Positions 19,384-29,531 of a stretch of 64,000 nucleotides of DNA are shown here, piece after piece (positions within the stretch are counted from its first letter, which is position 1; every line of letters begins with the position of its first letter). Location: positions 192,001 to 256,000 of the forward strand of contig JBGAML010000004.1 of NCBI GenBank assembly GCA_044223005.1, given 5' to 3'. Position numbers and translations under genes: made by a program. The stretch comes from Candidatus Eiseniibacteriota bacterium. Its GTDB lineage: Bacteria; Eisenbacteria; RBG-16-71-46. The notes below the pieces were generated by a model, which saw only the letters and a list, made by a program, of their open reading frames with translations, was not told the DNA's origin and searched no databases.

Positions 19384-19399
19384 AGCAACCGCGGTGCCA
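19384..19399 (-). promoter_or_regulatory. Sigma54 -24/-12 promoter
   Basis: Minus strand reads TGGCAC-CGCGG-TTGCT, an exact match to TGGCAC-N5-TTGCW. Confidence 0.8.
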
Positions 19400-19513
19400 C
19401 GCGTGCCTCGCCGGCCGAAGGGCCGGAATTCCTCACGAATTCCGGGGTTTGAGCGCACCCACCCAGCGGCCGGCGGCGGCCTCGTTCCTGCGAAGCGCAT
19501 GGCGTCCCCGCAT

Positions 19514-19539
19514 CGAAATGCACGTCCGGGCGCATTTCG
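19514..19539. promoter_or_regulatory. Inverted repeat, candidate enhancer (UAS) for the sigma54 promoter
   Basis: CGAAATGC-N10-GCATTTCG, about 140-165 bp upstream of the predicted start site. Confidence 0.45.
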
Positions 19540-19599
19540 GGGCTGGGGCACGGTCACGAAACGGCCGATTCTTCGTTCGAACCACGCGTGCGTCGGGTC

Positions 19600-19629
19600 T
19601 TGACACCCGTTCGAAGCGAAACCTAAATT
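19600..19629 (+). promoter_or_regulatory. Sigma70-type promoter of rho
   Basis: TTGACA-N18-TAAATT. Confidence 0.7.
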
Positions 19630-19970
19630 CTTCCCATCGGCCTCGAGCGCGCCCTCGCGCACGGCCGGAACCGGATCCATCCCCGCAGCCTCCGGACGCA
19701 GCGACCCAGCCGCCCACTCCATCCGACGTCCGACCGGCCCGCCGGTCTTCCGCAGTCCACGCACCTTCCCGTTCGCTCCACCACCCGAGGACGACGTCCC
19801 GCGCCACTCCAACTCCTCTCCGGAGTGGTTCGCATCCGCAGCCCCGCGGCGCACGCCGCGCGCACTCCCGACTTCCCACGTCCAGTGCCGGCCGTACCGG
19901 GGCGCCCATCGGGCGTCACCGGCCGAGCGTCCGGTGCGGACCCGCCACCTCCCCGACGAGGCGCTTTTCC

Positions 19971-21275
19971 ATGGACTCCACGGACCTGCCGATCCCGACC
20001 GCTCCCGCCGATCCCGCGGCGGAGACCCTCGAGCTCACCACGCTCAAGGGCAAGACGATGGCCGAGCTGCTCAAGCTCTGCCAGGAGCTCGAGGTCCAGG
20101 GCACGAGCGGCCTGCGCAAGCAGGAACTGATCTTCAAGATCCTGGAGGCGCAGACCGAGAAGAACGGCCTGATCTTCGCCGAAGGCGTGCTCGAGATCCT
20201 GCCCGAGGGTTACGGCTTCCTGCGCTCGCCGACGTACAACTACCTGCCCGGCCCGGACGACATCTACGTCTCGCCGTCGCAGATCAAGCGCTTCGACCTG
20301 CACACCGGCGACACCGTGTCGGGGCAGGTGAGGCCGCCCAAGGAGGGCGAGCGCTACTTCGCGCTGCTGCGCGTCGAGGCCGTGAACTTCGAGAGTCCGG
20401 AAGCGGCGAAGGACAAGATCCTCTTCGACGGCCTCACGCCGCTCTACGCGACCGAGAAGCTCAATCTCGAGACCAAGGACCGCTGCCTCGAGACGCGCAT
20501 CATCGACCTGCTGTCGCCGATCGGAAAGGGCCAGCGCGCGCTGATCACGTCGCCGCCCAAGGCCGGCAAGACGATCCTGCTCCAGAAGCTCGCCAACGCG
20601 ATCACCGAGAACCATCCCGAGGCCATGCTCATCGTGCTGCTGATCGACGAGCGCCCCGAGGAAGTCACCGACATGCAGCGCACGGTGAAGGGCGAGGTGG
20701 TCTCGAGCACGTTCGACGAACCCGCCGAGCGCCACGTGCAGGTCGCCGACATGGTGATCGAGAAGGCCAAGCGCCTGGTGGAGCACAAGCGCGACGTCGT
20801 GATCCTGCTCGACTCGATCACGCGCCTCGCCCGCGCCCACAACACGGTCGTGCCGCACTCGGGCAAGATCCTCTCCGGCGGCGTCGACGCCAACGCGCTC
20901 CAGCGCCCCAAGCGTTTCTTCGGCGCCGCGCGCAACGTCGAGGGCGGTGGCTCGCTGACGATCATCGCGACCGCACTCATCGAGACCGGCTCGCGCATGG
21001 ACGAAGTGATCTTCGAGGAGTTCAAGGGCACCGGCAACTCCGAGCTCGTCCTCGACCGCAAGATCGCCGACAAGCGCATCTATCCGGCCATCGACATCAA
21101 TCGCTCCGGCACGCGCAAGGAAGAGCTGCTGCTCGCACCCGACGCGCTCGCGCGCGTGTGGATCCTGCGCAAGTTCCTGAACGAGCTGAACCCCGTCGAG
21201 GCGATGGAGTTCCTCATCACGCGCATGAGCGAGACGAAGACGAACAAGAAGTTCCTGGAGAACATGAACTCGTGA
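19971..21275 (+). CDS. rho: Transcription termination factor Rho
   Basis: [59 protein letters not shown]. Confidence 0.98.
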   Translation: MDSTDLPIPTAPADPAAETLELTTLKGKTMAELLKLCQELEVQGTSGLRKQELIFKILEAQTEKNGLIFAEGVLEILPEGYGFLRSPTYNYLPGPDDIYVSPSQIKRFDLHTGDTVSGQVRPPKEGERYFALLRVEAVNFESPEAAKDKILFDGLTPLYATEKLNLETKDRCLETRIIDLLSPIGKGQRALITSPPKAGKTILLQKLANAITENHPEAMLIVLLIDERPEEVTDMQRTVKGEVVSSTFDEPAERHVQVADMVIEKAKRLVEHKRDVVILLDSITRLARAHNTVVPHSGKILSGGVDANALQRPKRFFGAARNVEGGGSLTIIATALIETGSRMDEVIFEEFKGTGNSELVLDRKIADKRIYPAIDINRSGTRKEELLLAPDALARVWILRKFLNELNPVEAMEFLITRMSETKTNKKFLENMNS

Positions 21276-22687
21276 CGCCGGGGGCGCGGGTCGGAAGCGC
21301 GATCGACCCCGGGCCCGTGACGTGTGCCCGCTCGCCGCTCGCTCGCGGTCATGTTCGGCCCGGCGGTCTGGCGAGGCTCGGTTCGGGGTTCGCGGCATTG
21401 CTCGCATGCGCCCTCGTCCTGCCGCCGGCCGCCGCGAGCGCCCCCGCGCCGGCGCGCGTGCTGCACGCGCGTTCGGCCACGCTGGACGTGCGCGATGGCG
21501 ATCGCCTGCTGCGCGGCATCTGGCGCGCCGATCCCACCGCGGCGCTCGATCGCTTCGACGTGCGTCGGTCGGATCGCCCGAAACGCGTGGTGTTCCTCTC
21601 CGACGTCGATTCGCTCGCGTTCGACGTGTCCCCGGGCGAGCAGTACGAGTTCGTCGTCGTGCTCGCCAGCGGGGACTCCTGCCGCACTTGCGTGTCCGCG
21701 CGGCGCGGCAGCGCACGGCGAGTCGAGGCGGGCGCCGACACGATCCCGTTCACCGTTGCGCGCGGCAAGATCCACGTGCGCGGCACGATCGGCGATTCCC
21801 GGCCGCTCGATCTCATCTTCGACACCGGCGCCGACCAGTGCGTCCTCTACCCGTCCGGCGTGCGCAAGGGCGCGGTGCTGCATCTGGACGGGTCGGTCGA
21901 GAACGCGGGCATGGGCGGCACGACCCGCCGGCGCACGAGCAGCGACAACCGGCTCGCGGTCGAGGGCCTGCGCTGGGAGCACGAGCCCGTGCTCTCCGTC
22001 GAGAAGCAGGCGGATCGAGGGGCCGACGGGATCGTGGGATACACGGTATTCGAGGACAAGGTCCTCGAGATCGACTTCGACCGGAGCGTGATGGTGATCC
22101 ACGATTCGCTGCCGGCGCGGACCGAAGGCGACTCGCGCGTGCCGATGCCGGCCGCAGGGTCGCTGACCGCGGTGGACGTGGAACTCGTTTCCGGTGGCCG
22201 GTCGGCGCGCGGGCCCTTCCTCCTGGATACCGCCGGGGGAGGAGACCTCAACGTGCATTCGGGATTCGCCGACGCGCACGGCCTGCGCACGTGGCTGCGC
22301 AAGCTGGGCACCAGTCGTTCGTACGGGCTCGGCGCGCGGGCGATCGCGAACGACGTCCTGCGGGTTCCGGAACTCCGGATCGCCGGCTTCACGCTGCGGA
22401 ACGTGCCCATCGACGTCGCGCGTCCCGCGGAAGGCGGTGCCGCGACGCCGGCCGGGACGCTCAACATGGACCTGCTCTCGCGCTTCCACTGCGTGCTCGA
22501 CTACCCGCGCGGCGAGGCCTGGTTCCGCCCGAGCAGGCGCTTCGACGCGCCGTTCCCGAGGCGGGCGTTTCCCGGAACGGGTGTCGCCGAAATCGCGATC
22601 GTGCTGATGCTCGTCGCGCTGATCGCGTACCGGCGCCGGTTCGGCCCGCGGTCCTCCGCCGTCACGGGCGCGACTCCGGAGCGCTGA
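21272..22687 (+). CDS. Exported double retropepsin-like aspartyl protease with C-terminal TM anchor
   Basis: Signal-like segment; IFDTGA..GIVG and LLDTAG..GTLN domains; start uncertain (GTG 21272 or 21317). Confidence 0.75.
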   Translation: MTPGARVGSAIDPGPVTCARSPLARGHVRPGGLARLGSGFAALLACALVLPPAAASAPAPARVLHARSATLDVRDGDRLLRGIWRADPTAALDRFDVRRSDRPKRVVFLSDVDSLAFDVSPGEQYEFVVVLASGDSCRTCVSARRGSARRVEAGADTIPFTVARGKIHVRGTIGDSRPLDLIFDTGADQCVLYPSGVRKGAVLHLDGSVENAGMGGTTRRRTSSDNRLAVEGLRWEHEPVLSVEKQADRGADGIVGYTVFEDKVLEIDFDRSVMVIHDSLPARTEGDSRVPMPAAGSLTAVDVELVSGGRSARGPFLLDTAGGGDLNVHSGFADAHGLRTWLRKLGTSRSYGLGARAIANDVLRVPELRIAGFTLRNVPIDVARPAEGGAATPAGTLNMDLLSRFHCVLDYPRGEAWFRPSRRFDAPFPRRAFPGTGVAEIAIVLMLVALIAYRRRFGPRSSAVTGATPER

Positions 22688-22697
22688 AGGAACGCTC

Positions 22698-23759
22698 ATG
22701 AGCGAAGTGCTGCGCACCCCGCGTCTCGACCTGGTGGCGTCGACGGTCGAGTCGCTCGAGACCGAGCTCGCCGGCGGTGACCTGGGCGCCGTGATCGGTG
22801 CCGCCGTGCCGCCGGGCTGGCCGCCGGGCGAGTACGACGCCGACGCCATGCGCATGATGCTGCGCGGCCTGCGCGCGGGTGGCGCGGCGAACGCGATGTG
22901 GACCGGCTGGTACGCGATCGAACGCGCCCGTGGCAGCGCGCCGGCGACGCTGGTCGGCTCGGGCGGCTACATGGGCCCGCCGACGCCCGAGGGCACGGTG
23001 GAGATCGGCTACTCGGTGCTGCCGGAGTATCGCGGTCGCGGCTTCGCGACCGAGATCGCGACCGCGCTCGTGACGCGGGCGCTCGCCGCGCCGGGCGTGA
23101 CGCAGGTGATCGCGCACGCGCGGATCGACAACCCCGCGTCGGTGCGGGTGCTCGAACGCTGCGGTTTCGTCCACGTGGCCGCGACGCTCGATCCCGGCCT
23201 GCGACGCTGGCGCTACGACTCCGAACGCGCGCCGGCGCGCGCGGCCGCGGTGCTCGTGCCGGTGTATCGCGACACCACCGGCGCGTGGCGGCTCGTGATC
23301 GTGCGCCGCGCCGAGGGCGGTGTGCACGGCGGCCAGCTCGCGTTCCCGGGCGGCGCGCGTGACGGCGACGACGCGACGCTGCTCGCCACCGCGACGCGCG
23401 AGGCGCTCGAGGAGATCGGCCTGCCGCCCGCGTCGGTGCACCCGCTCGCCGAGCTGCCGCCCGTCGAGACGCGCGTCTCGGGCTTCCGCGTGACGCCGTT
23501 TCTCGCGCGTATCGAGCGCCCGGCCGTCTGGCGGCTGGACGCGCGCGAGATCGTCGAGGTGCTCGAGCCCGCGCTCGCGCCGCTCGTCGCGCCCGGCGCC
23601 CGCCAGTGGGCCGACGACCTGCTGCCGCCCGAGCGCGGACGGCTGAGGCTGCCCTTCTACGCGGTGGGGCCGCATCGGCTCTGGGGCGTCAGCGAGCGCA
23701 TCGCGCGGCCGCTGTTCGAGCGGATCGCCGCGGGGGAGTGGCCCGAACTGCTGGCCTGA
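22698..23759 (+). CDS. GNAT (RimJ/RimL-like) acetyltransferase fused to a CoA-pyrophosphatase-type Nudix hydrolase
   Basis: EIGYSVLPEYRGRGFATE and NPASVRVLERCGF, then AAVLVP, HGGQLAFPGG, REALEEIG, LWG. Confidence 0.88.
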   Translation: MSEVLRTPRLDLVASTVESLETELAGGDLGAVIGAAVPPGWPPGEYDADAMRMMLRGLRAGGAANAMWTGWYAIERARGSAPATLVGSGGYMGPPTPEGTVEIGYSVLPEYRGRGFATEIATALVTRALAAPGVTQVIAHARIDNPASVRVLERCGFVHVAATLDPGLRRWRYDSERAPARAAAVLVPVYRDTTGAWRLVIVRRAEGGVHGGQLAFPGGARDGDDATLLATATREALEEIGLPPASVHPLAELPPVETRVSGFRVTPFLARIERPAVWRLDAREIVEVLEPALAPLVAPGARQWADDLLPPERGRLRLPFYAVGPHRLWGVSERIARPLFERIAAGEWPELLA

Positions 23760-23853
23760 GCGGCGCAACCCGGGGCGCCCGGCTGCCGTAGAAGCTCGAG
23801 GCGGAGCCCTGCCCGGCCGCGACCGCGGCCCCGGGGCGACGCTCGAGGCCCTC

Positions 23854-24207
23854 ATGAAACACGCATTCCTCGCCGCCACGCTCTTCGCCGCGGGTGTTTC
23901 GCTCGCCGGCTGCGTGCACGCGCCCCGGCAGACGACGATCGACGACGTGAGCACCGACGCCGCGAAGATCCTCGCGATCGACGACCGGCCCGTCGACCGC
24001 ATGGCCGCGCACGCCGGCACGGCCGGCATCGCGCCCGTCACGGTCGGTGCGGGAGCGCACGAGCTGCTGGTGCTTCGCCGCGGCCGGGGTCCCGGTTCGC
24101 GGGCCGAGACGCAGCCCGTGCCGGTTCGGATCGACGTCCATCGCCGCTACAAGCTCGACGTCGTCGCGGGCAAGGTGCGCGTGACGCCGCTCGGCGCGGA
24201 TCGATGA
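23854..24207 (+). CDS. Hypothetical lipoprotein
   Basis: MKH-hydrophobic-LAGC lipobox; GAGG RBS; ATGA-coupled to the next gene. Confidence 0.65.
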   Translation: MKHAFLAATLFAAGVSLAGCVHAPRQTTIDDVSTDAAKILAIDDRPVDRMAAHAGTAGIAPVTVGAGAHELLVLRRGRGPGSRAETQPVPVRIDVHRRYKLDVVAGKVRVTPLGADR

Positions 24208-24995
24208 GCGCCCGCGCACCGCGGATCGGCTGGTTCGTCGCGCCGGTGCTGGCGGCGCTCGCGCTCGCCTCGGCGCTGCTCGTCTCCTACGAGCGCCGCG
24301 TGCTGTTCCCGGCGCCGCATCTCGTCGCGCACGGCCGCGACGCCGAGGTGCAGGTGATCGGCGACGCCGAAGGCCTCTTCCTGCCGCCGCGCGTGCCGGC
24401 GGGCCCGGCGCCGGCGCTCCTCTTCTTCCACGGCAACGCCGAGCTCGCCGACGACTGGCTGCACGCATTCGACGCGCCGCGTGATTCGGGCTGGGCCGTG
24501 CTGCTCGTCGAGTATCCCGGCTACGGTCGCTGCGCGGGCGCGCCCTCGGAGCGTTCGATCGACGACGTGGCGCTCGCCGCGTTCGACCGCGTCGCCAACG
24601 ACCCGCGCGTGGACCCGCGGCGGATCGTCGCGGTCGGGCGCTCGCTGGGCGGCGGCCCGGCCGTCGCCGTCGCGACGCGGCGTCCGGTGGCCGCGCTCGT
24701 GCTGCTGTCGGCGTTCACGAGCGTGCGCGACCTCGCGGCCCGCGCCGGCGTGCCCGGCGCGCTCGTCGTGGACGCGTTCGACAACGCGGCCGCGCTGCGG
24801 CGCTGGCGCGGTCCGATGCTCGTCGTGCACGGCGTGCACGACCAGGTGATCCCGTTCGCGCAGGGCGAGCGGCTCGCGCGCACCGTGCCCGGTGCCGCGC
24901 TGGTACCGCTGGCCTGCGGGCACAACGACTGGGACCGCGACTGGTCCCCGGTGCTCGCGTTCCTGCGCACGCGCCTCGCGTCAGTCGCGGGCTGA
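24204..24995 (+). CDS. Alpha/beta hydrolase
   Basis: FFHGNAE, EYPGYG, GRSLGG nucleophile, HGVHD, CGHND. Confidence 0.9.
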   Translation: MSARAPRIGWFVAPVLAALALASALLVSYERRVLFPAPHLVAHGRDAEVQVIGDAEGLFLPPRVPAGPAPALLFFHGNAELADDWLHAFDAPRDSGWAVLLVEYPGYGRCAGAPSERSIDDVALAAFDRVANDPRVDPRRIVAVGRSLGGGPAVAVATRRPVAALVLLSAFTSVRDLAARAGVPGALVVDAFDNAAALRRWRGPMLVVHGVHDQVIPFAQGERLARTVPGAALVPLACGHNDWDRDWSPVLAFLRTRLASVAG

Positions 24996-25370
24996 GCCCG
25001 GCGGTTCGTCGGCCACGACCTCGGCCGACGACGCTTCGCGCGGGGGCGGGGCGACCGCGGGTGCGGCCGGAGCGGGCTCCTTCACCTTCTTGCGCGTGAG
25101 CGCGACGAGCGCGACGGAAGCGGTCCACGACGGCACGAGGTCGACGCCCGGGAGCAGCTCCGCGATCAGCGCCGGCAGCAGCGCCGGATGCCAGCCGAGG
25201 AGCCACACGAGCACGACGCTGACGATCACCTCGAGCACCGCGTCGAACGGCGACGCCGCGCCCTCGAAGAAGAAGGGCAGCAGCGCGAGCTGGATCGCGT
25301 CCGCGGCGATCGCCACGAACCACGCGACCTTCATGCGTCCCGAAGCGCCGGCCGGCGGGCGGAGTCCCAT
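24981..25370 (-). CDS. Small hypothetical membrane protein
   Basis: Hydrophobic segments, [14 protein letters not shown] motif; TAAGCT 7 nt before ATG. Confidence 0.7.
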   Translation of the reverse strand: MGLRPPAGASGRMKVAWFVAIAADAIQLALLPFFFEGAASPFDAVLEVIVSVVLVWLLGWHPALLPALIAELLPGVDLVPSWTASVALVALTRKKVKEPAPAAPAVAPPPREASSAEVVADEPPGSARD

Positions 25371-25403
25371 GGGCGCCAGCTTACGCCCCGCCGCGCGAGA
25401 ACG

Positions 25404-26906
25404 TCACGGCGCGACGGTCCACTGGATGAGCGGGTTCAGCTCGAAACGCTCGGGGTGCTTTTCGTCGATCGCCTGCAGCAGGCGTGCGTCGAGCCCGTAG
25501 AGGTCGGGGCGCAGCTGCAGTGCGCCGCTCGAATCCGCCCACGCGGTCCAGTAGAGCACGTCCACCGGCACGTGCGGCTCGACGCTCCAGCGCCGCGCCG
25601 TCGTGTCGCGCAGCGCGGCGCGGATCGAGTCCACCGGCGTGGGCGCGTGCCGCGAGCGGATCCACGCCGCGAGTTCGAGCGGCTTCTCGAGCCGCACGCA
25701 GCCGTGGCTCCGGGCCCGGTTCTCGCGCGCGAAGAGGCCGCGCTGGTTGGTGTCGTGCAGGAACACCTGGAAGCGGTTGGGGAGCATGAACCGGATCCGG
25801 CCGAGCGGGTTCCACGTTCCGGCGCTCTGGCGCACGAACGTGCGGAACGTGTCCGACGTCACGGAGTCCCACTGCACCGCGTGGTGGTCGATCGCGACCC
25901 ACTGACCTTTCAGGAACCGCAGTGCGGTCAGGTGGTGCGTCTCGAAGTAGTCGGGGTGGCGGCGCAGCGACGAGATCACTTCCTCGCCGATCACGCGCGG
26001 CGTCATGGTCCACGTGGGGTTCAGGTCCATCCACGCGATGGCCGACGTGAAGACCGGCGTCGGATGCCTGGGGTCGCCGATCACGACGCGCATGCGCAGG
26101 TCGGCGGTCGAATCGGCGTGCGCGGCGAGCGTCGCATCGGCGATGTTGACCTCGATCCGCGGGTACGGCCGGTCGTCGGGCAGCCAGCGCCAGCGCTCCA
26201 GATTGGCTTCGACGGTGCGCACGCGCGCACGGTGCTCCGCATCCATCGCCGCCCAGGTCTGCGTGTCGGCCACGCCCGTCGTGTCGAGCCCGTGCCGGCG
26301 CTGGAACGCCAACACGTCGTTCGCGAGCGCCGTGCGCAGCGCGCCGTAGCGCGGATCACGCGGAACGCAGGCGTACAGGCTCTCGCCCACGGCGTGCGCC
26401 GCCAGCGCGTGCACGAGTCGCACCTCCGGCGCCGGTCCACGGCCACGCCCGCGCCACGCCTTGTCGAGCTGCGAGTCGGCGAGCACGCCGGTGTGCAGCC
26501 GGCGCGCCGCCGCGAGCCACGCGCGCGTGAGGCGCACGTCCAGCGCCGCGAGGACGGTGTCCGGGAGTTCGCGTCGCCCGAAGAAGCCCGTGGGCTCGGC
26601 GAGCGCGCTGTCGATCGCCGCGACGTCGCCCTTCCACCCGTGCAGCCCGTCGCCCGGCAGCGCGAGCAGCGCGCGCCGCAACTCCAGCGCGTCGGTGCCC
26701 GGGCGGCCGTTCTCGATCCACGCCGGGCGCCAGGAGCGGTCGGAGTAGAAGTGGCGCGCGGCGGCTCGTTCGTCCGCGTGCGGACCACCGTGCTCCAGCA
26801 CGAATCGGCGCACCTGCCCGGCGAGGTCGCCGTGGCGCGGGGCGCACGAAGGAAGAGCGGCCACGAGCAGTGCCGCGGCCAGCAGCAGTCGTCGCGTCGA
26901 TCGCAT
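25404..26906 (-). CDS. L,D-transpeptidase, YcbB/LdtD-like
   Basis: [40 protein letters not shown] catalytic motif; lipobox-like LPSC. Confidence 0.92.
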   Translation of the reverse strand: MRSTRRLLLAAALLVAALPSCAPRHGDLAGQVRRFVLEHGGPHADERAAARHFYSDRSWRPAWIENGRPGTDALELRRALLALPGDGLHGWKGDVAAIDSALAEPTGFFGRRELPDTVLAALDVRLTRAWLAAARRLHTGVLADSQLDKAWRGRGRGPAPEVRLVHALAAHAVGESLYACVPRDPRYGALRTALANDVLAFQRRHGLDTTGVADTQTWAAMDAEHRARVRTVEANLERWRWLPDDRPYPRIEVNIADATLAAHADSTADLRMRVVIGDPRHPTPVFTSAIAWMDLNPTWTMTPRVIGEEVISSLRRHPDYFETHHLTALRFLKGQWVAIDHHAVQWDSVTSDTFRTFVRQSAGTWNPLGRIRFMLPNRFQVFLHDTNQRGLFARENRARSHGCVRLEKPLELAAWIRSRHAPTPVDSIRAALRDTTARRWSVEPHVPVDVLYWTAWADSSGALQLRPDLYGLDARLLQAIDEKHPERFELNPLIQWTVAP

Positions 26907-27025
26907 GGAGGTTCCGAGGTCCGTGGCGGCGCGGGGGGCGCCGTGTGCAGGATTTCGACAGCATGCCCCTTCTCGGAGTCACATGCAGGCCGAAAATGCG
27001 GCCCCGGGCCGGTTTGGCGGCGGAT

Positions 27026-27055
27026 TGGACAGCCGGTCGGCCGCTCGGGCATACT
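27026..27055 (+). promoter_or_regulatory. Candidate sigma70 promoter of rpmE
   Basis: TGGACA-N18-CATACT. Confidence 0.4.
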
Positions 27056-27170
27056 CCTCCGCCTCAATCACCCTGACCCAGGCGGAGCGCTCGGCATCAT
27101 CCGCAGTCCGCGACCCATCGAGGTGCGGCCCGGACGCCGGGGAACGCCGCCGTGGCGGAGAAGTTCCGAG

Positions 27171-27410
27171 ATGAAGGCTGGTATCCATCCGGTTTACGAG
27201 ATGCGCGGGTTCCACTGCTACGGCTGCGGCACGGAGTGGAAGACGCGCACGACGCTCAAGCCCAGCACGTCCGACGGCAAGGTCCACCTGGACATCTGCT
27301 CGGCGTGCCACCCGTTCTTCACCGGCAAGCAGAAGCTGCTCGACAAGGCCGGTCGCGTGGATCGCTTCCGCAAGCGCTACGCGAAGGTGCAGGCGCCCGA
27401 GAACAGCTAG
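27171..27410 (+). CDS. rpmE: 50S ribosomal protein L31 (Zn-binding type)
   Basis: [32 protein letters not shown]. Confidence 0.97.
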   Translation: MKAGIHPVYEMRGFHCYGCGTEWKTRTTLKPSTSDGKVHLDICSACHPFFTGKQKLLDKAGRVDRFRKRYAKVQAPENS

Positions 27411-27421
27411 CGTCGTCCATT

Positions 27422-27471
27422 CGGCTCCCGCCGCGGAGGGTCCTCCTTCGCGCCGGGAGCCGTTTCTTTTT
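27422..27471 (+). terminator. Intrinsic terminator after rpmE
   Basis: CGGCTCCCG...CGGGAGCCG stem followed by TTTCTTTTT. Confidence 0.75.
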
Positions 27472-27485
27472 CGCGAGGAGTCCGC

Positions 27486-28433
27486 ATGCCGTTCCTCCCG
27501 GTCGGTGGCCAGGCGGTGATCGAGGGCGTGATGATGCGCGCGCCCTCCAAGGTCGCCGTCGTCGTGCGCCGTCCCGACGGTTCCACCGCCGTCCTCGACC
27601 GCCCGTTCGTCTCGATCACGACGCGCGTGCGCGCGCTCGGCCTGCCGGTCGTGCGCGGCGCCGTGTCGCTTTTCGAGACCATGTTCCTCGGGATCACCGC
27701 GCTCAACTTCAGCGCCGACGAAGCGACGCGCGAGGACGGTGAGGCCAAGCCCGCCGGCGCCGCCGGTGGCGCGATGGCCGCGGCGCAGGGCCTCACGGTG
27801 CTCGTCTCGCTCGCGGTGGGCCTCCTGCTCTTCGTGGTGCTGCCGGCGCGCATCGCGCCGCTCGTGCACCTGGGCTCCGCGATCCCGGCACGCATCCAGT
27901 TCGGGCTCGTGGACGGCGCGCTGCGCCTGGCCGCGTTCGTCGGCTACCTGCTGCTCATCTCGCAGTGGAAGGAGATGCGCCGCGTCCTCGGCTACCACGG
28001 CGCCGAGCACAAGGCGATCCACGCGCTCGAGGCCGGGGCGCCGCTCACGCCCGAGAGCGTGCAGACGTTCCCGCGGCTGCACCCGCGCTGCGGCACGACG
28101 TTCCTCTTCCTCGTGGTCGTGATCAGCATCGTCGTGTTCACGTTCATCGGGAAGCCCACGAACCTCGGCAGCCACCTGCTGCGCATCGCCTGCATGCCGC
28201 TGATCGCCGGCGTCGCGTTCGAGTTCATCCGGCTCTCGGGCAAGTATTTCGATCGCCCGTTCGTGCGCGCGATCACCTGGCCCGGGATGCAGTTCCAGCG
28301 CCTGACCACGCGCGAGCCCGATCTCGAGATGTGCGCCGTGGCGATCCGCTCGCTCGAGCGCGTGCTCGACGATCCGCTGGTGGTCAAGCTGCGCGCGGGC
28401 GGCGAGCGCGTCGAGGTCACGTTCGTCCAATGA
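27486..28433 (+). CDS. DUF1385 family membrane protein
   Basis: [35 protein letters not shown]; usual position between rpmE and prfA. Confidence 0.93.
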   Translation: MPFLPVGGQAVIEGVMMRAPSKVAVVVRRPDGSTAVLDRPFVSITTRVRALGLPVVRGAVSLFETMFLGITALNFSADEATREDGEAKPAGAAGGAMAAAQGLTVLVSLAVGLLLFVVLPARIAPLVHLGSAIPARIQFGLVDGALRLAAFVGYLLLISQWKEMRRVLGYHGAEHKAIHALEAGAPLTPESVQTFPRLHPRCGTTFLFLVVVISIVVFTFIGKPTNLGSHLLRIACMPLIAGVAFEFIRLSGKYFDRPFVRAITWPGMQFQRLTTREPDLEMCAVAIRSLERVLDDPLVVKLRAGGERVEVTFVQ

Positions 28434-29521
28434 TCGACGCCAACATCGACGAAGCCCTGCGCCGGGTCGAGTCGCGCTTCGCCGAGCTCGGCGAGCTGCT
28501 CTCGAGCCCGGACGTGCTGCGCGACCAGAAGAAGCTGCGGGACTTCTCGCGCGAGCGCTCGCGGCTCGAGGAGACGGTGAAGGCGTCGGCGGAGTACCGC
28601 GCGCTCGCGAAGACGATCGCCGACGACCACGAGGCGGTCGCCTCGGGCGATCCCGAGCTCGCCGAACTCGCAAACGCCGAACTGCCCGAGCTGGAGGCGA
28701 AGCTCGAGGCCATGGTGCCGCGCCTCAAGCAGCTGCTGCTGCCGCGCGACCCCGACGACGACAAGAACGTGATCGTCGAAATCCGCGCCGGTACGGGCGG
28801 CGACGAGGCGTCGCTGTTCGCGGCCGAGCTCTACCGCATGTACTCCAAGTACGCCGAACGCCGCCGCTGGAAGCAGGAAGTGATCAACACCAGCGAGTCC
28901 GAGGTCGGCGGCTACAAGGAGATCGTGTTCCAGCTGGAGGGCGACGGCGTCTACCGCCAGATGAAGTTCGAGTCCGGCGTGCACCGCGTCCAGCGCGTGC
29001 CCGAAACCGAAGCCTCCGGCCGCATCCACACCTCGGCCGCCACGGTCGCCGTGCTGCCCGAGGTCGAGGACGTCGACATCGAGATCCGCGAGGAGGACCT
29101 GCGTGTCGACGTCTACCGCGCCGGCGGCAAGGGCGGCCAGGGCGTGAACACGACGGACTCCGCGGTGCGCATCACGCACCTGCCGACCGGCGTCGTGGTG
29201 ACCTGCCAGGACGAACGCTCGCAGATCAAGAACCGCGCGAAGGCGATGAAGGTGCTGCGTGCCCGGCTCTACGACGCCCGGCTGCAGGAGGCGCAGGCCA
29301 AGTACGCCGCGCAGCGCCGCTCGCAGGTCTCGACCGGCGATCGCAGCGCCAAGATCCGCACCTACAACTTCCCGCAGGGCCGCGTCACCGACCATCGCAT
29401 CAACCTGACGCTCTACTCGCTCGGCAACTTCATGGAAGGCGACATCGCGGAGATGGGCGAGGCGCTGCTGGTCGCCGACACGACCGAGAAGCTCGCGGAG
29501 CTCGCGGGCGGCGGGAGCTGA
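28430..29521 (+). CDS. prfA: Peptide chain release factor 1
   Basis: [19 protein letters not shown] (PxT), [20 protein letters not shown]. Confidence 0.97.
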   Translation: MIDANIDEALRRVESRFAELGELLSSPDVLRDQKKLRDFSRERSRLEETVKASAEYRALAKTIADDHEAVASGDPELAELANAELPELEAKLEAMVPRLKQLLLPRDPDDDKNVIVEIRAGTGGDEASLFAAELYRMYSKYAERRRWKQEVINTSESEVGGYKEIVFQLEGDGVYRQMKFESGVHRVQRVPETEASGRIHTSAATVAVLPEVEDVDIEIREEDLRVDVYRAGGKGGQGVNTTDSAVRITHLPTGVVVTCQDERSQIKNRAKAMKVLRARLYDARLQEAQAKYAAQRRSQVSTGDRSAKIRTYNFPQGRVTDHRINLTLYSLGNFMEGDIAEMGEALLVADTTEKLAELAGGGS

Positions 29522-29531
29522 CGGGCGCCCC

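Noticed and set aside
19449..19970. 174-aa N-terminal extension of Rho
   Set aside because: It would begin upstream of the TTGACA/TAAATT promoter and is low-complexity; better explained as a C-rich untranslated leader.
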